Shown: piece by piece, positions 49,065 to 58,957 of the stretch
Layout of the letters: each line of letters opens with the position of its first letter
Position numbering within the stretch: the first letter of the stretch is position 1
DNA from: Actinomycetota bacterium
GTDB taxonomy: Bacteria; Actinomycetota; CADDZG01; JAHWKV01; JAOPZY01
Assembly (NCBI GenBank): GCA_025963875.1
Contig: JAOPZY010000260.1
Location: 583-64,582 of the forward strand
DNA: 64,000 nt
Reading direction: 5' to 3'
Notes under the pieces: model-generated
What the model was told of the DNA's origin: nothing
Seen by the model: the letters and a program-made list of their open reading frames with translations, nothing else
The model's database searches: none
Made by a program: the position numbers and the translations under genes

Positions 49065-49092
49065 TGCTAACTATGCAGTAGCTCTGCTAACT
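49065..49092. promoter_or_regulatory. Direct repeat TGCTAACT-N12-TGCTAACT in the phasin / phaJ-phaC divergent promoter region
   Basis: Seen directly. The centre-to-centre distance is 20 bp, two helical turns. The TGC-rich repeats are a candidate PhaR-type regulator site. Confidence 0.3.
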
Positions 49093-49152
49093 TTGTCAAG
49101 AGAAAAGGGCTTCATCGAGACCGGGAAAAATGCCGAGGAAAGGTCTGACATC

Positions 49153-49659
49153 GTGCCTGAGACACCCATAGCACTCCAGACCGTCGACATCGGGGAACTC
49201 AAGGGCTTGGCGGGCTCGCCCCTCGGGGTAAGTTCCTGGAGAGAGGTTACCCAGGACGAGGTGAACGGATTCGCCCGGTCCACGGGAGACGACCAGTGGA
49301 TCCATGTGGACCCGGAGCGGGCCAAGCGTGGGCCGTTCGGCACTACCGTCGCCCACGGATTCATGACGCTGGCCATGTTCACCGGCATGCTGTACGAACT
49401 CCTGGAGGTGACGGGCGCCGCCCTGATCCTCAACTACGGGACCAACCGGGTGCGGTTTCCTGCGCCCGTGCCGACGGGGTCGAAAGTCCGGGGCCATATC
49501 GACTATGGCATGGTCGACGACGTCCCCGGCGGTGTCCAGGTCGAGTTCCGAGTTACCGTGGAGATCGACGGCAACCCCAAGCCGGCGTGCGCCGCCGAGA
49601 TCCTTTTCCGGTACTACCGGGAGGTTCCAGGCGCCGCCGCCGGAGGATCAGGAGCTTAA
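49153..49659 (+). CDS. phaJ: MaoC-like (R)-specific enoyl-CoA hydratase (PhaJ-like hot-dog fold)
   Basis: MaoC dehydratase motifs (DDQWIHVDPERAK, GTTVAHGFMTLAM). The GTG start is preceded by a GAGGAAAGG RBS. It lies immediately upstream of phaC. Confidence 0.7.
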   Translation: MPETPIALQTVDIGELKGLAGSPLGVSSWREVTQDEVNGFARSTGDDQWIHVDPERAKRGPFGTTVAHGFMTLAMFTGMLYELLEVTGAALILNYGTNRVRFPAPVPTGSKVRGHIDYGMVDDVPGGVQVEFRVTVEIDGNPKPACAAEILFRYYREVPGAAAGGSGA

Positions 49660-49660
49660 C

Positions 49661-51406
49661 GTGGCGACGACATCCGAGTCCAAGCAAGGACCCGAGGAGG
49701 CAAATGGTTCCAACGGGAACGGGATCGCAGCGACCGCGGCCGCGGTCGGCCCGGAGGCCGACTTGTTCGCGCGCCAGGACCCCCTGTCCCTAGTTCCCAC
49801 GATGAAGAAGCTGGGAGCCGCCCTGGCGGCGAACCCCGCAGCGGTGTGGGAGGCGGGCACCCGTTTCAGCACCCGCCTCGTCGCCTCCACGGCCGGCATG
49901 ATGGCGAGGGCGCTCGGCGCCAAACCGCAGCCTGAGCTGCAGCCCGACCCCAAGGACCGGCGGTTCAAGGATCCTGCCTGGAACGAGAACCCGGTGTTCT
50001 TCGGCGAGCGGCAGGCCTACCTCGCGTGGGCCCACTTCGTCCACGAACTGGTCACCTCGTCGGGGCTCGAGCAGCATGATGCTGACAAGGCGGCGTTCGG
50101 TCTCGGCCTCGTCGTCGACGCACTGTCGCCCACCAACTTCCTCCTGTCCAACCCGACGGCCCTCCGCACGGCCCAGGAGACCAAGGGGCTCAGCGTGTTG
50201 AAGGGCCTCCGGAACTTCATCGACGACGCCCTGCACAACGAGGGCATGCCCCGCCAGTTCGACCCGGAGGCCTTCGCGGTCGGGCGCAACCTCGGCGTGA
50301 CGCCGGGCAAGGTCGTCTACCGCAACGACCTCATGGAGCTGATCCAGTACGAGCCGCAGAGCAAGACCACGTACGAGATCCCGCTGCTCGTGTCGCCGCC
50401 CTGGATCAACAAGTACTACCTGATGGACCTGGCGCCGGGCCGCAGCTTCATCGAGTGGGCGGTCCAGCACGGCCACACCACCTTCGCCATCAGCTACCGC
50501 AACCCCGATGAGTCGATGCGGGACGTGTCCCTCGACGACTACCTGATCCACGGCCCCCTCGACGCCCTGGATGTCATCCGCGACATCACGGGCCAGCCGA
50601 AGGTCAACATGGCCGGCCTGTGCATCGGCGGAACGCTGACAACGATGCTGCTGGCCTACCTGGCGGCGGGGGGCCAGGACCGGATCAACTCGGCGACGCT
50701 GCTCAACACGATCGTCGATTTCTCCGAACCGGGCCCTCTGGGGTGCTTCACCGACGCCGAATCCATCGCACGGCTCGAGCAGAAGATGGCCAAGACCGGC
50801 TTCCTGGACTCGTCGGACATGGAAAAGACCTTCAATGCCCTGCGGGCCAACGACCTGATCTGGAACTACGTGGCCTCCAACTGGCTCATGGGCAAGGACC
50901 CGCCCGCGTTCGACATCCTGACCTGGAACGCCGACAGCACCCGGATGCCGGCCAACATGCACTCGTTCTACCTCCGCTACTGCTACCAGGAGAACCAGCT
51001 GGCCAAGGACGAGATGACGCTCGCTGGACGGCAGCTGCTGCTGGGCAAGATCGACGCGGATGTCTACATCGTCGGCGCGGTCGAGGATCACATAGCACCC
51101 TGGACCACGTCGTACGCCACAACGCGGCTGCTCGGCGGGTCATGCCGCTACGTGCTGACGTCGTCCGGCCACATCGCCGGCATCGTCAACCCGCCCGACT
51201 CCAAGCGCAGGTACTGGACCAATGACGAGCTCCCCAACGACCCCCACGAGTGGCGGGCCGCGGCAACGCCTCAGGAGGGTTCGTGGTGGGAGGACTGGAC
51301 CACATGGATGGCGCAGCGGTCCGGCAAGCGGATCAAGCCGCCGTCCACGGGCAGCGCGGAGCACCCACCCATCGCCGACGCACCAGGGGAGTATGTCCAT
51401 GGCTGA
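49661..51406 (+). CDS. phaC: Poly(3-hydroxyalkanoate) synthase PhaC (class I/II type)
   Basis: Alpha/beta-hydrolase core with the lipase-box-like GLCIGG (catalytic Cys) and PhaC N-terminal region. The GTG start lies 2 nt after the phaJ stop, with a GGAGGA RBS. Confidence 0.85.
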   Translation: MATTSESKQGPEEANGSNGNGIAATAAAVGPEADLFARQDPLSLVPTMKKLGAALAANPAAVWEAGTRFSTRLVASTAGMMARALGAKPQPELQPDPKDRRFKDPAWNENPVFFGERQAYLAWAHFVHELVTSSGLEQHDADKAAFGLGLVVDALSPTNFLLSNPTALRTAQETKGLSVLKGLRNFIDDALHNEGMPRQFDPEAFAVGRNLGVTPGKVVYRNDLMELIQYEPQSKTTYEIPLLVSPPWINKYYLMDLAPGRSFIEWAVQHGHTTFAISYRNPDESMRDVSLDDYLIHGPLDALDVIRDITGQPKVNMAGLCIGGTLTTMLLAYLAAGGQDRINSATLLNTIVDFSEPGPLGCFTDAESIARLEQKMAKTGFLDSSDMEKTFNALRANDLIWNYVASNWLMGKDPPAFDILTWNADSTRMPANMHSFYLRYCYQENQLAKDEMTLAGRQLLLGKIDADVYIVGAVEDHIAPWTTSYATTRLLGGSCRYVLTSSGHIAGIVNPPDSKRRYWTNDELPNDPHEWRAAATPQEGSWWEDWTTWMAQRSGKRIKPPSTGSAEHPPIADAPGEYVHG

Positions 51407-52346
51407 GAGAGCGACGAACAGCGCACCCACGAACGGCAGCACCGATCTCGCCGAGCTTCCGGCCCCCGGGTCCGAGGTGCCGGCCGTCATCGACCGGGTC
51501 GGGGTGGTCGGCTGCGGGCTCATGGGATCGGGCATCGCGGAGGTCTGCGCCCGGGCCGGCCTCGACGTCATCGTCGTCGAGGCGGGGCAGGACGCATTGA
51601 ATGCCGGACGGCGGCGCATCGAGTCGTCGCTGGCCAAGGCGGTCGCCCGGGGCAAGCTGGCCCCCGAGGCCCAGGCCGACGCCCTCGAGCGGATGAAGTT
51701 CTCCATCCGGATGGCAGATCTTGCCGACCGAGAGCTGGTGGTCGAGGCAGTCGTCGAGCGCTTCGACGTCAAGGCCGCGATCTTCGAGCAGCTCGACGCC
51801 GTGACCGGCCCCGGCACCATCCTGGCCTCGAACACGTCCTCGATTCCCATCATGCGGCTGGCAATGGTGACCAGGCGTCCCGAGGAGGTTCTCGGGCTGC
51901 ATTTCTTCAACCCGGTTCCGGTCATGCGCCTGGTCGAGCTGGTGACGTCGCTGCTCACGAGCGAGTCCACGGCCACCCGGGCAGCCGACTTCATCGACCA
52001 GGTCCTGCACAAGCGGATCGTGCGGTCGAAGGACCGGGCGGGCTTCATCGTCAACGCCCTGCTGATCCCCTACCTCCTCTCGGCGATCCGGATGATGGAG
52101 TCAGGTTTCGCCACCGCCGCAGACATCGACGCCGGCATGGTGGAGGGGTGCGCCCACCCGATGGGGCCGCTTGCGTTGTCGGACCTGATCGGGCTCGACA
52201 CCGTTTCGGCGGTCGCGGAATCGCTGTACGACGAGTTCAAAGAACCTCTTTATGCACCGCCACCACTGTTGGACAGGATGTGCGAAGCCGGCCTGCTGGG
52301 CCGCAAGGTCGGCCGTGGTTTCTACGAATACAATGGTCGGCCATAG
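51399..52346 (+). CDS. NAD-dependent 3-hydroxyacyl-CoA dehydrogenase
   Basis: Rossmann motif VGVVGCGLMGSGIA and the 3HCDH N- and C-domains. Its start overlaps the phaC stop by 8 nt. Confidence 0.85.
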   Translation: MAERATNSAPTNGSTDLAELPAPGSEVPAVIDRVGVVGCGLMGSGIAEVCARAGLDVIVVEAGQDALNAGRRRIESSLAKAVARGKLAPEAQADALERMKFSIRMADLADRELVVEAVVERFDVKAAIFEQLDAVTGPGTILASNTSSIPIMRLAMVTRRPEEVLGLHFFNPVPVMRLVELVTSLLTSESTATRAADFIDQVLHKRIVRSKDRAGFIVNALLIPYLLSAIRMMESGFATAADIDAGMVEGCAHPMGPLALSDLIGLDTVSAVAESLYDEFKEPLYAPPPLLDRMCEAGLLGRKVGRGFYEYNGRP

Positions 52347-52647
52347 CTAACGTGGATAGGTAGCGTTCAGGTAGGCGTAACGCAACGTTTACGAAGAGGC
52401 AATTGACTTTCGATAGCATTTCGTTCAAGCTCCAAGGAGCCGCGACAGTACGACCGATGCACGGAATCGGCACCCAGAGGTCCTGGAAAAGGCCTATCCA
52501 GCAGCCTCTCCACGTGGGTCAAGGCTGGGTTCATCCCCAGTCTGGGCCTCGGAAACCTGCAACACCCCCGCCTGCCTTTTCGTCCGTGCATCTCCGCTAC
52601 TGCCGGAGCGGCATGCCACATAGGACATTACAAATCGGAGGTAAATC
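52347..52647. other. 300-bp lower-GC intergenic region between two paralogous 3-hydroxyacyl-CoA dehydrogenase genes, with no convincing ORF
   Basis: Contains AACGTT-centred inverted repeats and a TTGACT hexamer. Candidate promoter, 5-prime UTR or small RNA. Confidence 0.3.
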
Positions 52648-53529
52648 GTGACGGTAAAACGCGTGGGAATAGTGGGTTCAGGGATCATGGGGGCGGGGAT
52701 AGCCGAAGTAGCCGCCAAAGCCGGTTTCGACGTCGTAATCCGCAGTCGATCGCAGGAATCGGCAGACACTTGTCTCGCCAAGGTAGGCAAATCACTCGGA
52801 CGCCAGGTGGAGAAGGACAAGATCACCGCCGCCGACTCCGAGGCGATCCTGGCTCGGATCAAGGGAGTCACCGACCTGGCCGAGCTCGAGTACTGCGAGC
52901 TGGTGCTGGAGTCGGTCGTCGAGGACCTCGGCACGAAGAAGCAACTCTTCTCCGAGCTCGACGCCGCCTGCTCCGCAGGCACGATCATCGCCACCAACAC
53001 GTCCACGCTGCCGATCCTCGAGCTTGCCGTCTCGGTCTCGAGGGCGGACCGGGTGGTGGGGATGCACTTCTTCAACCCCGCCGCGGTCATGCCCCTGGTC
53101 GAGGTCGTGCCGGCGCTGACGACCTCCCCGGAGACGTTCGACGTTGCGTGGGAGTTCGCCCTGGCGTGCGGCAAGACCCCGGTGAAGTCGAAGGATCAGG
53201 CGGGCTTCATCGTCAATGCCCTGCTCTTCCCGTACCTGAACGCGGCCATCCGGATGCTGGAGGGCGACATCGCCACCAAGGAGGACATCGACACCGCCAT
53301 GAAGGGCGGGTGCGGCTTCCCGATGGGGCCGTTCGAGCTCCTGGACCTGATCGGCCTCGACACCAGCCTGGCGGTGCTGGAGCGCCTCTACGAGGAGCGC
53401 CGGGAGCCCGGCTGCGTGCCGGCCGGCAAGCTTCGGCAGATGGTGATGGCCCGACAGCTGGGTCGCAAGACCGGTGGCGGCTTCTACGCCTACCCGACCG
53501 CAGCCGCCTCGAAGGTGAGTTCCTCATGA
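52648..53529 (+). CDS. hbd: 3-hydroxybutyryl-CoA dehydrogenase (Hbd/PaaH-like)
   Basis: GTG start after a GGAGGT RBS, Rossmann motif VGIVGSGIMGAGIA, 293 aa. Confidence 0.85.
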   Translation: MTVKRVGIVGSGIMGAGIAEVAAKAGFDVVIRSRSQESADTCLAKVGKSLGRQVEKDKITAADSEAILARIKGVTDLAELEYCELVLESVVEDLGTKKQLFSELDAACSAGTIIATNTSTLPILELAVSVSRADRVVGMHFFNPAAVMPLVEVVPALTTSPETFDVAWEFALACGKTPVKSKDQAGFIVNALLFPYLNAAIRMLEGDIATKEDIDTAMKGGCGFPMGPFELLDLIGLDTSLAVLERLYEERREPGCVPAGKLRQMVMARQLGRKTGGGFYAYPTAAASKVSSS

Positions 53530-53545
53530 TGCTGGCCCTGATCGT

Positions 53546-56269
53546 TTGGAGGACATAGAGATGGATACCCGTGCACTGGAGGTCACCGGGCTGCCGCCCG
53601 ATGTCGACCCGGGGGAGACGCAGGAATGGACCGAGTCGATCCGCGATGTCATCGACCTCCGCGGTGCAGCACGGGCCCGGTATCTCCTCCGCCGCCAGCT
53701 CGAGGTGGCGGAGCAGTACGGGGCGGGTCTGCCGCCCTCCGTGTCGACGCCCTATGTCAACACGATTCCCCCCGACCAACAGCCGGCAACGCCGGGGGAC
53801 CTCGCCATGGAGCGACGGGTCCGGGCGTACCTGCGCTGGAACGCGGTCGTCATGGTGCTGCGCGCCAACGCGGCTTCGGAAGGCATCGGCGGGCACCTGT
53901 CGACGTACGCGTCGTCTGCGTCGCTGTACGAGACCGGCTTCAACCACTTCTTCCGGGGCAAGGACGACGGCGGGGCAGGCGATCAGGTGTACTTCCAGGG
54001 CCACGCCTCGCCCGGCATCTACGCCCGGGCCTTCCTCGAGGGCCGCATCGGGGAAGAGGAGATGGACGGTTTCCGGCGAGAGGTCAACGGCGGTGGACTG
54101 TCGAGCTATCCGCACCCCCGCCTCATGCCCGAGTTCTGGGAGTTCCCCACGGTTTCCATGGGCCTCGGCCCCCTGAACGCCGTCTACCAGGCCCGGTTCA
54201 ACCGCTACCTCGACCACCGGGGCATCGCCGACACCTCGGCCTCCAAGGTGTGGTGCTTCCTCGGCGACGGCGAGTGCGACGAGCCGGAGAGCCTGACGGC
54301 GCTGCCGCTCGCGGCCAGGGAGGGCCTCGACAACCTCGTCTTCGTCATCAACTGCAACCTCCAGCGCCTCGACGGGCCGGTGCGCGGCAACGGCAAGGTC
54401 ATCCAGGAGCTCGAGGGCGTCTTCCGGGGTGCGGGATGGAACGTCATCAAGGTGATCTGGGGCTCCGACTGGGACCCGATCCTGGCGGCGGACGTCGACG
54501 GTGCCCTCGTCGACCGGCTGAACACCACCCTGGACGGAGACTTCCAGCGGTGCACCGTCGAGTCGGGCGCCTACATCCGTGAGCGCCTCTTCGGGTCCGA
54601 TCCCCGGCTGGAGGCCCTCGTCGAGCACCTGAGCGACGAGGAGCTGGCCGCCATGCGCCGGGGTGGCCACGACGACCGCAAGCTCTACGCCGCGTACCGC
54701 AAGGCCACGGAGCACCAGGGAGCGCCGTCGGTGATCCTCGTGAAGACCGTGAAGGGATGGGCCCTCGGCCCCGAGATCGAGGGCCGCAACTCCACCCACC
54801 AGATCAAGAAGATGGCGACGCCCCAGCTGAAGGCCCTTCGGGACCGCCTCGGCCTCGCCACGGAGATCTCCGACGAGGTGCTGGACGGCGGGCTCCCGCC
54901 GTACTGCCGTCCGGAGCCCGGCTCCGCCGAGCACGAGTACCTGCTGGACCGCCGGCGCAAGCTTGGCGGAGCCGTCCCCCGGCGCGTGGTCGTATCCGCC
55001 CCGATCGGCCTGCCCGACCCCTCCTGCTTCGCCGACTTCTTCGCCGGATCCGGCCCCCGGTCCGTCTCGACCACCATGGCCTTCTCGGTGCTGCTGCGGT
55101 CGTTGCTGCGGGACGCCACCGTGGGCCACCGCGTGGTGCCGATCATCCCCGACGAGGCTCGGACGTTCGGCATGGACGCCCTCTTCAGCGAGGTGAAGAT
55201 CTACTCGCCGGACGGACAGAACTACGAGCCGGTCGACGCCGGGATGCAGCTCTCGTACCGTGAGGACCCCCGGGGCCAGATCCTGCAGGAGGGCATCACC
55301 GAAGCGGGGGCGATGGCGAGCTTCACCGCCGCGGCCACGTCCTACGCCACCTGGGCACAGCCGATGATCCCCTTCTACGTCTTCTACTCGATGTTCGGCT
55401 TCCAGCGCACCGGCGACGCCATCTGGGCCTGCGGGGACATGCGGGGGAGAGGCTTCCTCTGCGGTGCCACGGCGGGGCGCACGACGTTGAACGGCGAGGG
55501 CCTCCAGCACGAGGACGGCCACAGCCTGCTGCTGGCCTCGACCGTTCCCAACCTCGCTGCCTACGACCCCGCCTTCGCCTATGAGATGGCGGTGATCGTG
55601 CGGGACGGCATCGACCGCATGTTCGGCGACAGCCCCGAGGACGTCTTCTACTACCTCACGCTCTACAACGAGAACTACCCGATGCCGCCGATGCCAAAGG
55701 CTCCGGAAGGGGTTGTCGAGGAGGGCATCCGCCGCGGCATGTACCGTTTCGCCCCGGCCCCCGAGGGCCCCAAGCGCCAGGCGACCATCCTGTTCAGCGG
55801 CAGCGCCCAGGGTGCCGCCAGGGAGGCGCAGCAGCTCCTCGCCGACGACCACGACGTGGCTGCGGAGCTGTGGAGCGTGCCGTCGTACAAGGCCCTCCGG
55901 GAGGACGCGCAGTCCGCCGAGCGCTGGAACCGCCTCCATCCGACCGAGCCGGCCCGGGTTCCCTACGTCACCGAGCAATTGCTCGCCAGCCAGGGCCCGC
56001 TCGTCGCCGTGAGCGATTACATGCAGATGGTCCCCGATCAGGTGTCCCGCTGGGTACCCGGCCACCTGACCGTCCTCGGCACCGACGGCTACGGGCGCTC
56101 GGACACACGAACGGCGCTCCGGCGCCACTTCGGCACCGACGCGGCCCATGTCGTGGTGGCGGTCCTGAAGGGCCTGGCCGACGCCGACCTTGGCAAGCCC
56201 GAGGAAGTGGCCGATGCCATCAACACGTACGCCATCGATCCCGAGTCGGTCGAGCCCCGCCTCGCCTGA
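53546..56269 (+). CDS. aceE: Pyruvate dehydrogenase E1 component, homodimeric type
   Basis: 907 aa with full-length AceE similarity (ThDP-binding GDG...N motif region). An alternative start is at 53561. Confidence 0.9.
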   Translation: MEDIEMDTRALEVTGLPPDVDPGETQEWTESIRDVIDLRGAARARYLLRRQLEVAEQYGAGLPPSVSTPYVNTIPPDQQPATPGDLAMERRVRAYLRWNAVVMVLRANAASEGIGGHLSTYASSASLYETGFNHFFRGKDDGGAGDQVYFQGHASPGIYARAFLEGRIGEEEMDGFRREVNGGGLSSYPHPRLMPEFWEFPTVSMGLGPLNAVYQARFNRYLDHRGIADTSASKVWCFLGDGECDEPESLTALPLAAREGLDNLVFVINCNLQRLDGPVRGNGKVIQELEGVFRGAGWNVIKVIWGSDWDPILAADVDGALVDRLNTTLDGDFQRCTVESGAYIRERLFGSDPRLEALVEHLSDEELAAMRRGGHDDRKLYAAYRKATEHQGAPSVILVKTVKGWALGPEIEGRNSTHQIKKMATPQLKALRDRLGLATEISDEVLDGGLPPYCRPEPGSAEHEYLLDRRRKLGGAVPRRVVVSAPIGLPDPSCFADFFAGSGPRSVSTTMAFSVLLRSLLRDATVGHRVVPIIPDEARTFGMDALFSEVKIYSPDGQNYEPVDAGMQLSYREDPRGQILQEGITEAGAMASFTAAATSYATWAQPMIPFYVFYSMFGFQRTGDAIWACGDMRGRGFLCGATAGRTTLNGEGLQHEDGHSLLLASTVPNLAAYDPAFAYEMAVIVRDGIDRMFGDSPEDVFYYLTLYNENYPMPPMPKAPEGVVEEGIRRGMYRFAPAPEGPKRQATILFSGSAQGAAREAQQLLADDHDVAAELWSVPSYKALREDAQSAERWNRLHPTEPARVPYVTEQLLASQGPLVAVSDYMQMVPDQVSRWVPGHLTVLGTDGYGRSDTRTALRRHFGTDAAHVVVAVLKGLADADLGKPEEVADAINTYAIDPESVEPRLA

Positions 56270-56333
56270 CGCATGACCCTGCCCAGCTATGCCCCAGGGT
56301 GGGCCCTAGTTTCGACACGGAGGCGCAATCCCC

Positions 56334-57803
56334 ATGAACCAGCACCAACAACGACGCACCAAGATCGTCTGCACGCTCGGCCCCGCTACCCAGTCACCCG
56401 ATGCCATTGCCGGCCTGGTCGCCGCCGGCATGGACGTGGCACGGCTCAACTTCTCGCACGGCTCCCGTGACGACCACGCCGAGATCTACGGCCGGGTGCG
56501 GGATGCGTCGGATGCCGCGGGGCGGGCGGTCAGCATCCTGGTGGACCTGCAGGGGCCGAAGATCCGCCTCGGCTGCTTCGACGGCGGCTTTGCGGTGCTG
56601 GAGCCGGGGTCGGTGTTCACCGTCACCGCCGAACAGCCCCACGGCGCCGTCCAGGCGCTCGCGGGTTCCAGCCGCGGCGCCTCCACCACCTACGGCGCGC
56701 TGGCCCGGGATCTGTCTCCCGGTGACACGATCCTCATCGACGACGGCCTGATCAAGCTCACCGCCATCTCCTCGGACGGGACCGAGGTCGCGTGCCGGGT
56801 GATCGAGGGCGGCCTGGTCTCCGATCGCAAGGGCATCAATCTGCCGGGTGCCCGCGTCAGCGCCCCGGCGCTCACCGACAAGGACGCCGAGGACCTGCGG
56901 TTCGCCCTGGCGCTCGGCGTCGACCTGGTCGCCCTGTCGTACGTCCGCCGGCCGGAGGACGCCGACATCGTGCGGCAGGCGATGGAAGCGGCAGGCCGGC
57001 GGGTACCGGTCATCGCCAAGCTGGAGAAGGCGGAGGCGGTCGAGAACCTCACGCAGATCGTCGACGCGTTCGACGGCGTCATGGTGGCCCGCGGCGACCT
57101 CGGTGTCGAGACGCCCATGGAACAGGTGCCGCAGGTCCAGAAGCGTGCGGTGACGCTGGCCAGGGAGCGGGCCAAGCCGGCGATCGTGGCCACCCAGATG
57201 CTGGAGTCGATGCGGGTGCACTCCCGCCCCACGCGCGCCGAGGTCTCCGACGTCGCCAACGCGGTGCTCGACGGCGCCGACGCGCTGATGCTGTCGGCCG
57301 AGACCAGCGTCGGCGAGCACGCCCGGGAGGCGGTCGCCACGATGGCCAGGATCATCGCCGCGACGGAGGAGGGCACCGACTTCCCGGTGATCGAACCGGC
57401 GAACGCCACACCCGAGGAGGCCATCGCCGCAACCGCCCCCCAGCTCGCACGGGCCGTCAACGCCCGGGCGCTGGTCGCCTTCACCCAGACGGGGGCCACC
57501 GCCCGCCGCATCGCGGCGCAGCGGCCGCCGGTGCCCGTGCTGGCGTTCACGCCGGTGGCGGCGGTGCGGAGCCGCCTGACGCTTACCTGGGGGGTGGAGA
57601 CCTTCGTGGCGCCCCTGTCCGGGCACCTCGAGGACATGGTGACCCAGGTCGCCGACACAGTTCTCAGCTGCGGGCGCATCCGTTGGGGCGACGCCGTCGT
57701 GATCGTCGCCGGGAGCCTGCAGGGCCGCAGCGGTGCCACCGACCTGATCAGGGTGCTGCAACTCGACTCGCCTGGAGATTTCCATGCCCGGATCTCCGCG
57801 TGA
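56334..57803 (+). CDS. pyk: Pyruvate kinase
   Basis: TKIVCTLGPA, the K/Mg-binding region and the MVARGDLG motif. 489 aa. Confidence 0.9.
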   Translation: MNQHQQRRTKIVCTLGPATQSPDAIAGLVAAGMDVARLNFSHGSRDDHAEIYGRVRDASDAAGRAVSILVDLQGPKIRLGCFDGGFAVLEPGSVFTVTAEQPHGAVQALAGSSRGASTTYGALARDLSPGDTILIDDGLIKLTAISSDGTEVACRVIEGGLVSDRKGINLPGARVSAPALTDKDAEDLRFALALGVDLVALSYVRRPEDADIVRQAMEAAGRRVPVIAKLEKAEAVENLTQIVDAFDGVMVARGDLGVETPMEQVPQVQKRAVTLARERAKPAIVATQMLESMRVHSRPTRAEVSDVANAVLDGADALMLSAETSVGEHAREAVATMARIIAATEEGTDFPVIEPANATPEEAIAATAPQLARAVNARALVAFTQTGATARRIAAQRPPVPVLAFTPVAAVRSRLTLTWGVETFVAPLSGHLEDMVTQVADTVLSCGRIRWGDAVVIVAGSLQGRSGATDLIRVLQLDSPGDFHARISA

Positions 57804-58863
57804 CAAGCCGGGGACGATCCTCATCCTGCAGGGCGGCGGGGCGCTCGGTGCCTACGAGTGCGGCGTCTACAAGGTCCTGGCGGAGCGGCTCGACGACCTG
57901 AGCATCATCGCCGGCACGTCCATCGGCGCCATCAACGCCGGCGTCATCGCCCGGAACTTCGGCGACCCCGATCGGGGTGTGGCAGCCCTCGAGGCGTTCT
58001 GGCACGACCTCGCCTTCCCCGTGTTGCCGGTGTGGGGGTCCAACCCCTGGATGAAGCTGTGGGGCAGCGTTCAGGCGGTGGCGACGTCGCTCACGATCGG
58101 CAACCCGAGCCTCTTCCAGCCGGTGCTGTTCGGGGAAGCGCCCTACTCGACCGACGCCATGCACGCGACCGTCGCATCGGCGGTGGGGACGTACACCAAG
58201 GGCTCCACCCCCCGGCTGATCGTGACCGCGGTCGAACTGGAGCAGAGCCGGCCCGTGGCGTTCGACAGCGCCGAGTGCCACATCACCCCCGACCACATCG
58301 TGGCGAGCGGGAGCCTCCCGCCCGGCTTTCCTCCCCACGTGATCGACGGCCTGCACTACTGGGACGGTGGGCTCTGGTCCAACACGCCGCTGCCCGACGA
58401 GCTCGCGGCGGTCCGGGGAGGCTCCCATGGTGACGCTGATCCCGCCGCCGGCTACCAGGTCTACGTCGTCGACGTCTTTCCCCAGCAGTTCGTCCCCCCC
58501 GACGATCCCCTGCCGACGAGCACCGAGGTGCAGGCCCGGATGGGCCAGATCATCTACCAGGACAAGACCCGCTCCGACGCCTCCGGCAGCCGGTGGGTGA
58601 CGTGGTGCCGGGAGCTCTACGACATGCTGGAGGCGATCCCGCCCGCGGTGACCTCCGCCCTCGAGGCCCCCCTGCGGTCGCGTCGCGAACAGCTCCTCAC
58701 CGATGTCGCAGCCGTCAAGTCCCGGGTCCCGGTGACCGTGACCCGCATCCAGCGGATGTCGCTGCCGTACGAGCAGATCTCCTCCGGCGTCGACTTCTCG
58801 GTGGGCCGCATCGAGGCCCTGATCGAGCAGGGAGAACAGGATGCCCGGCGGGCCGTGGCCTGA
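57784..58863 (+). CDS. Patatin-like phospholipase (second copy in the window)
   Basis: QGGGALGAYECGV oxyanion region, GTSIGAINA nucleophile elbow. Overlaps the pyk 3-prime end by 20 nt. Confidence 0.75.
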   Translation: MPGSPRDKPGTILILQGGGALGAYECGVYKVLAERLDDLSIIAGTSIGAINAGVIARNFGDPDRGVAALEAFWHDLAFPVLPVWGSNPWMKLWGSVQAVATSLTIGNPSLFQPVLFGEAPYSTDAMHATVASAVGTYTKGSTPRLIVTAVELEQSRPVAFDSAECHITPDHIVASGSLPPGFPPHVIDGLHYWDGGLWSNTPLPDELAAVRGGSHGDADPAAGYQVYVVDVFPQQFVPPDDPLPTSTEVQARMGQIIYQDKTRSDASGSRWVTWCRELYDMLEAIPPAVTSALEAPLRSRREQLLTDVAAVKSRVPVTVTRIQRMSLPYEQISSGVDFSVGRIEALIEQGEQDARRAVA

Positions 58864-58957
58864 CGACGGCGAAGCACCCCATTGGGCAGAAGACGATGCG
58901 GACGACGGCGCGGGTCCTTCTGCCGAGCGTGCCGATGTGGTTCACTACTCCCATATG

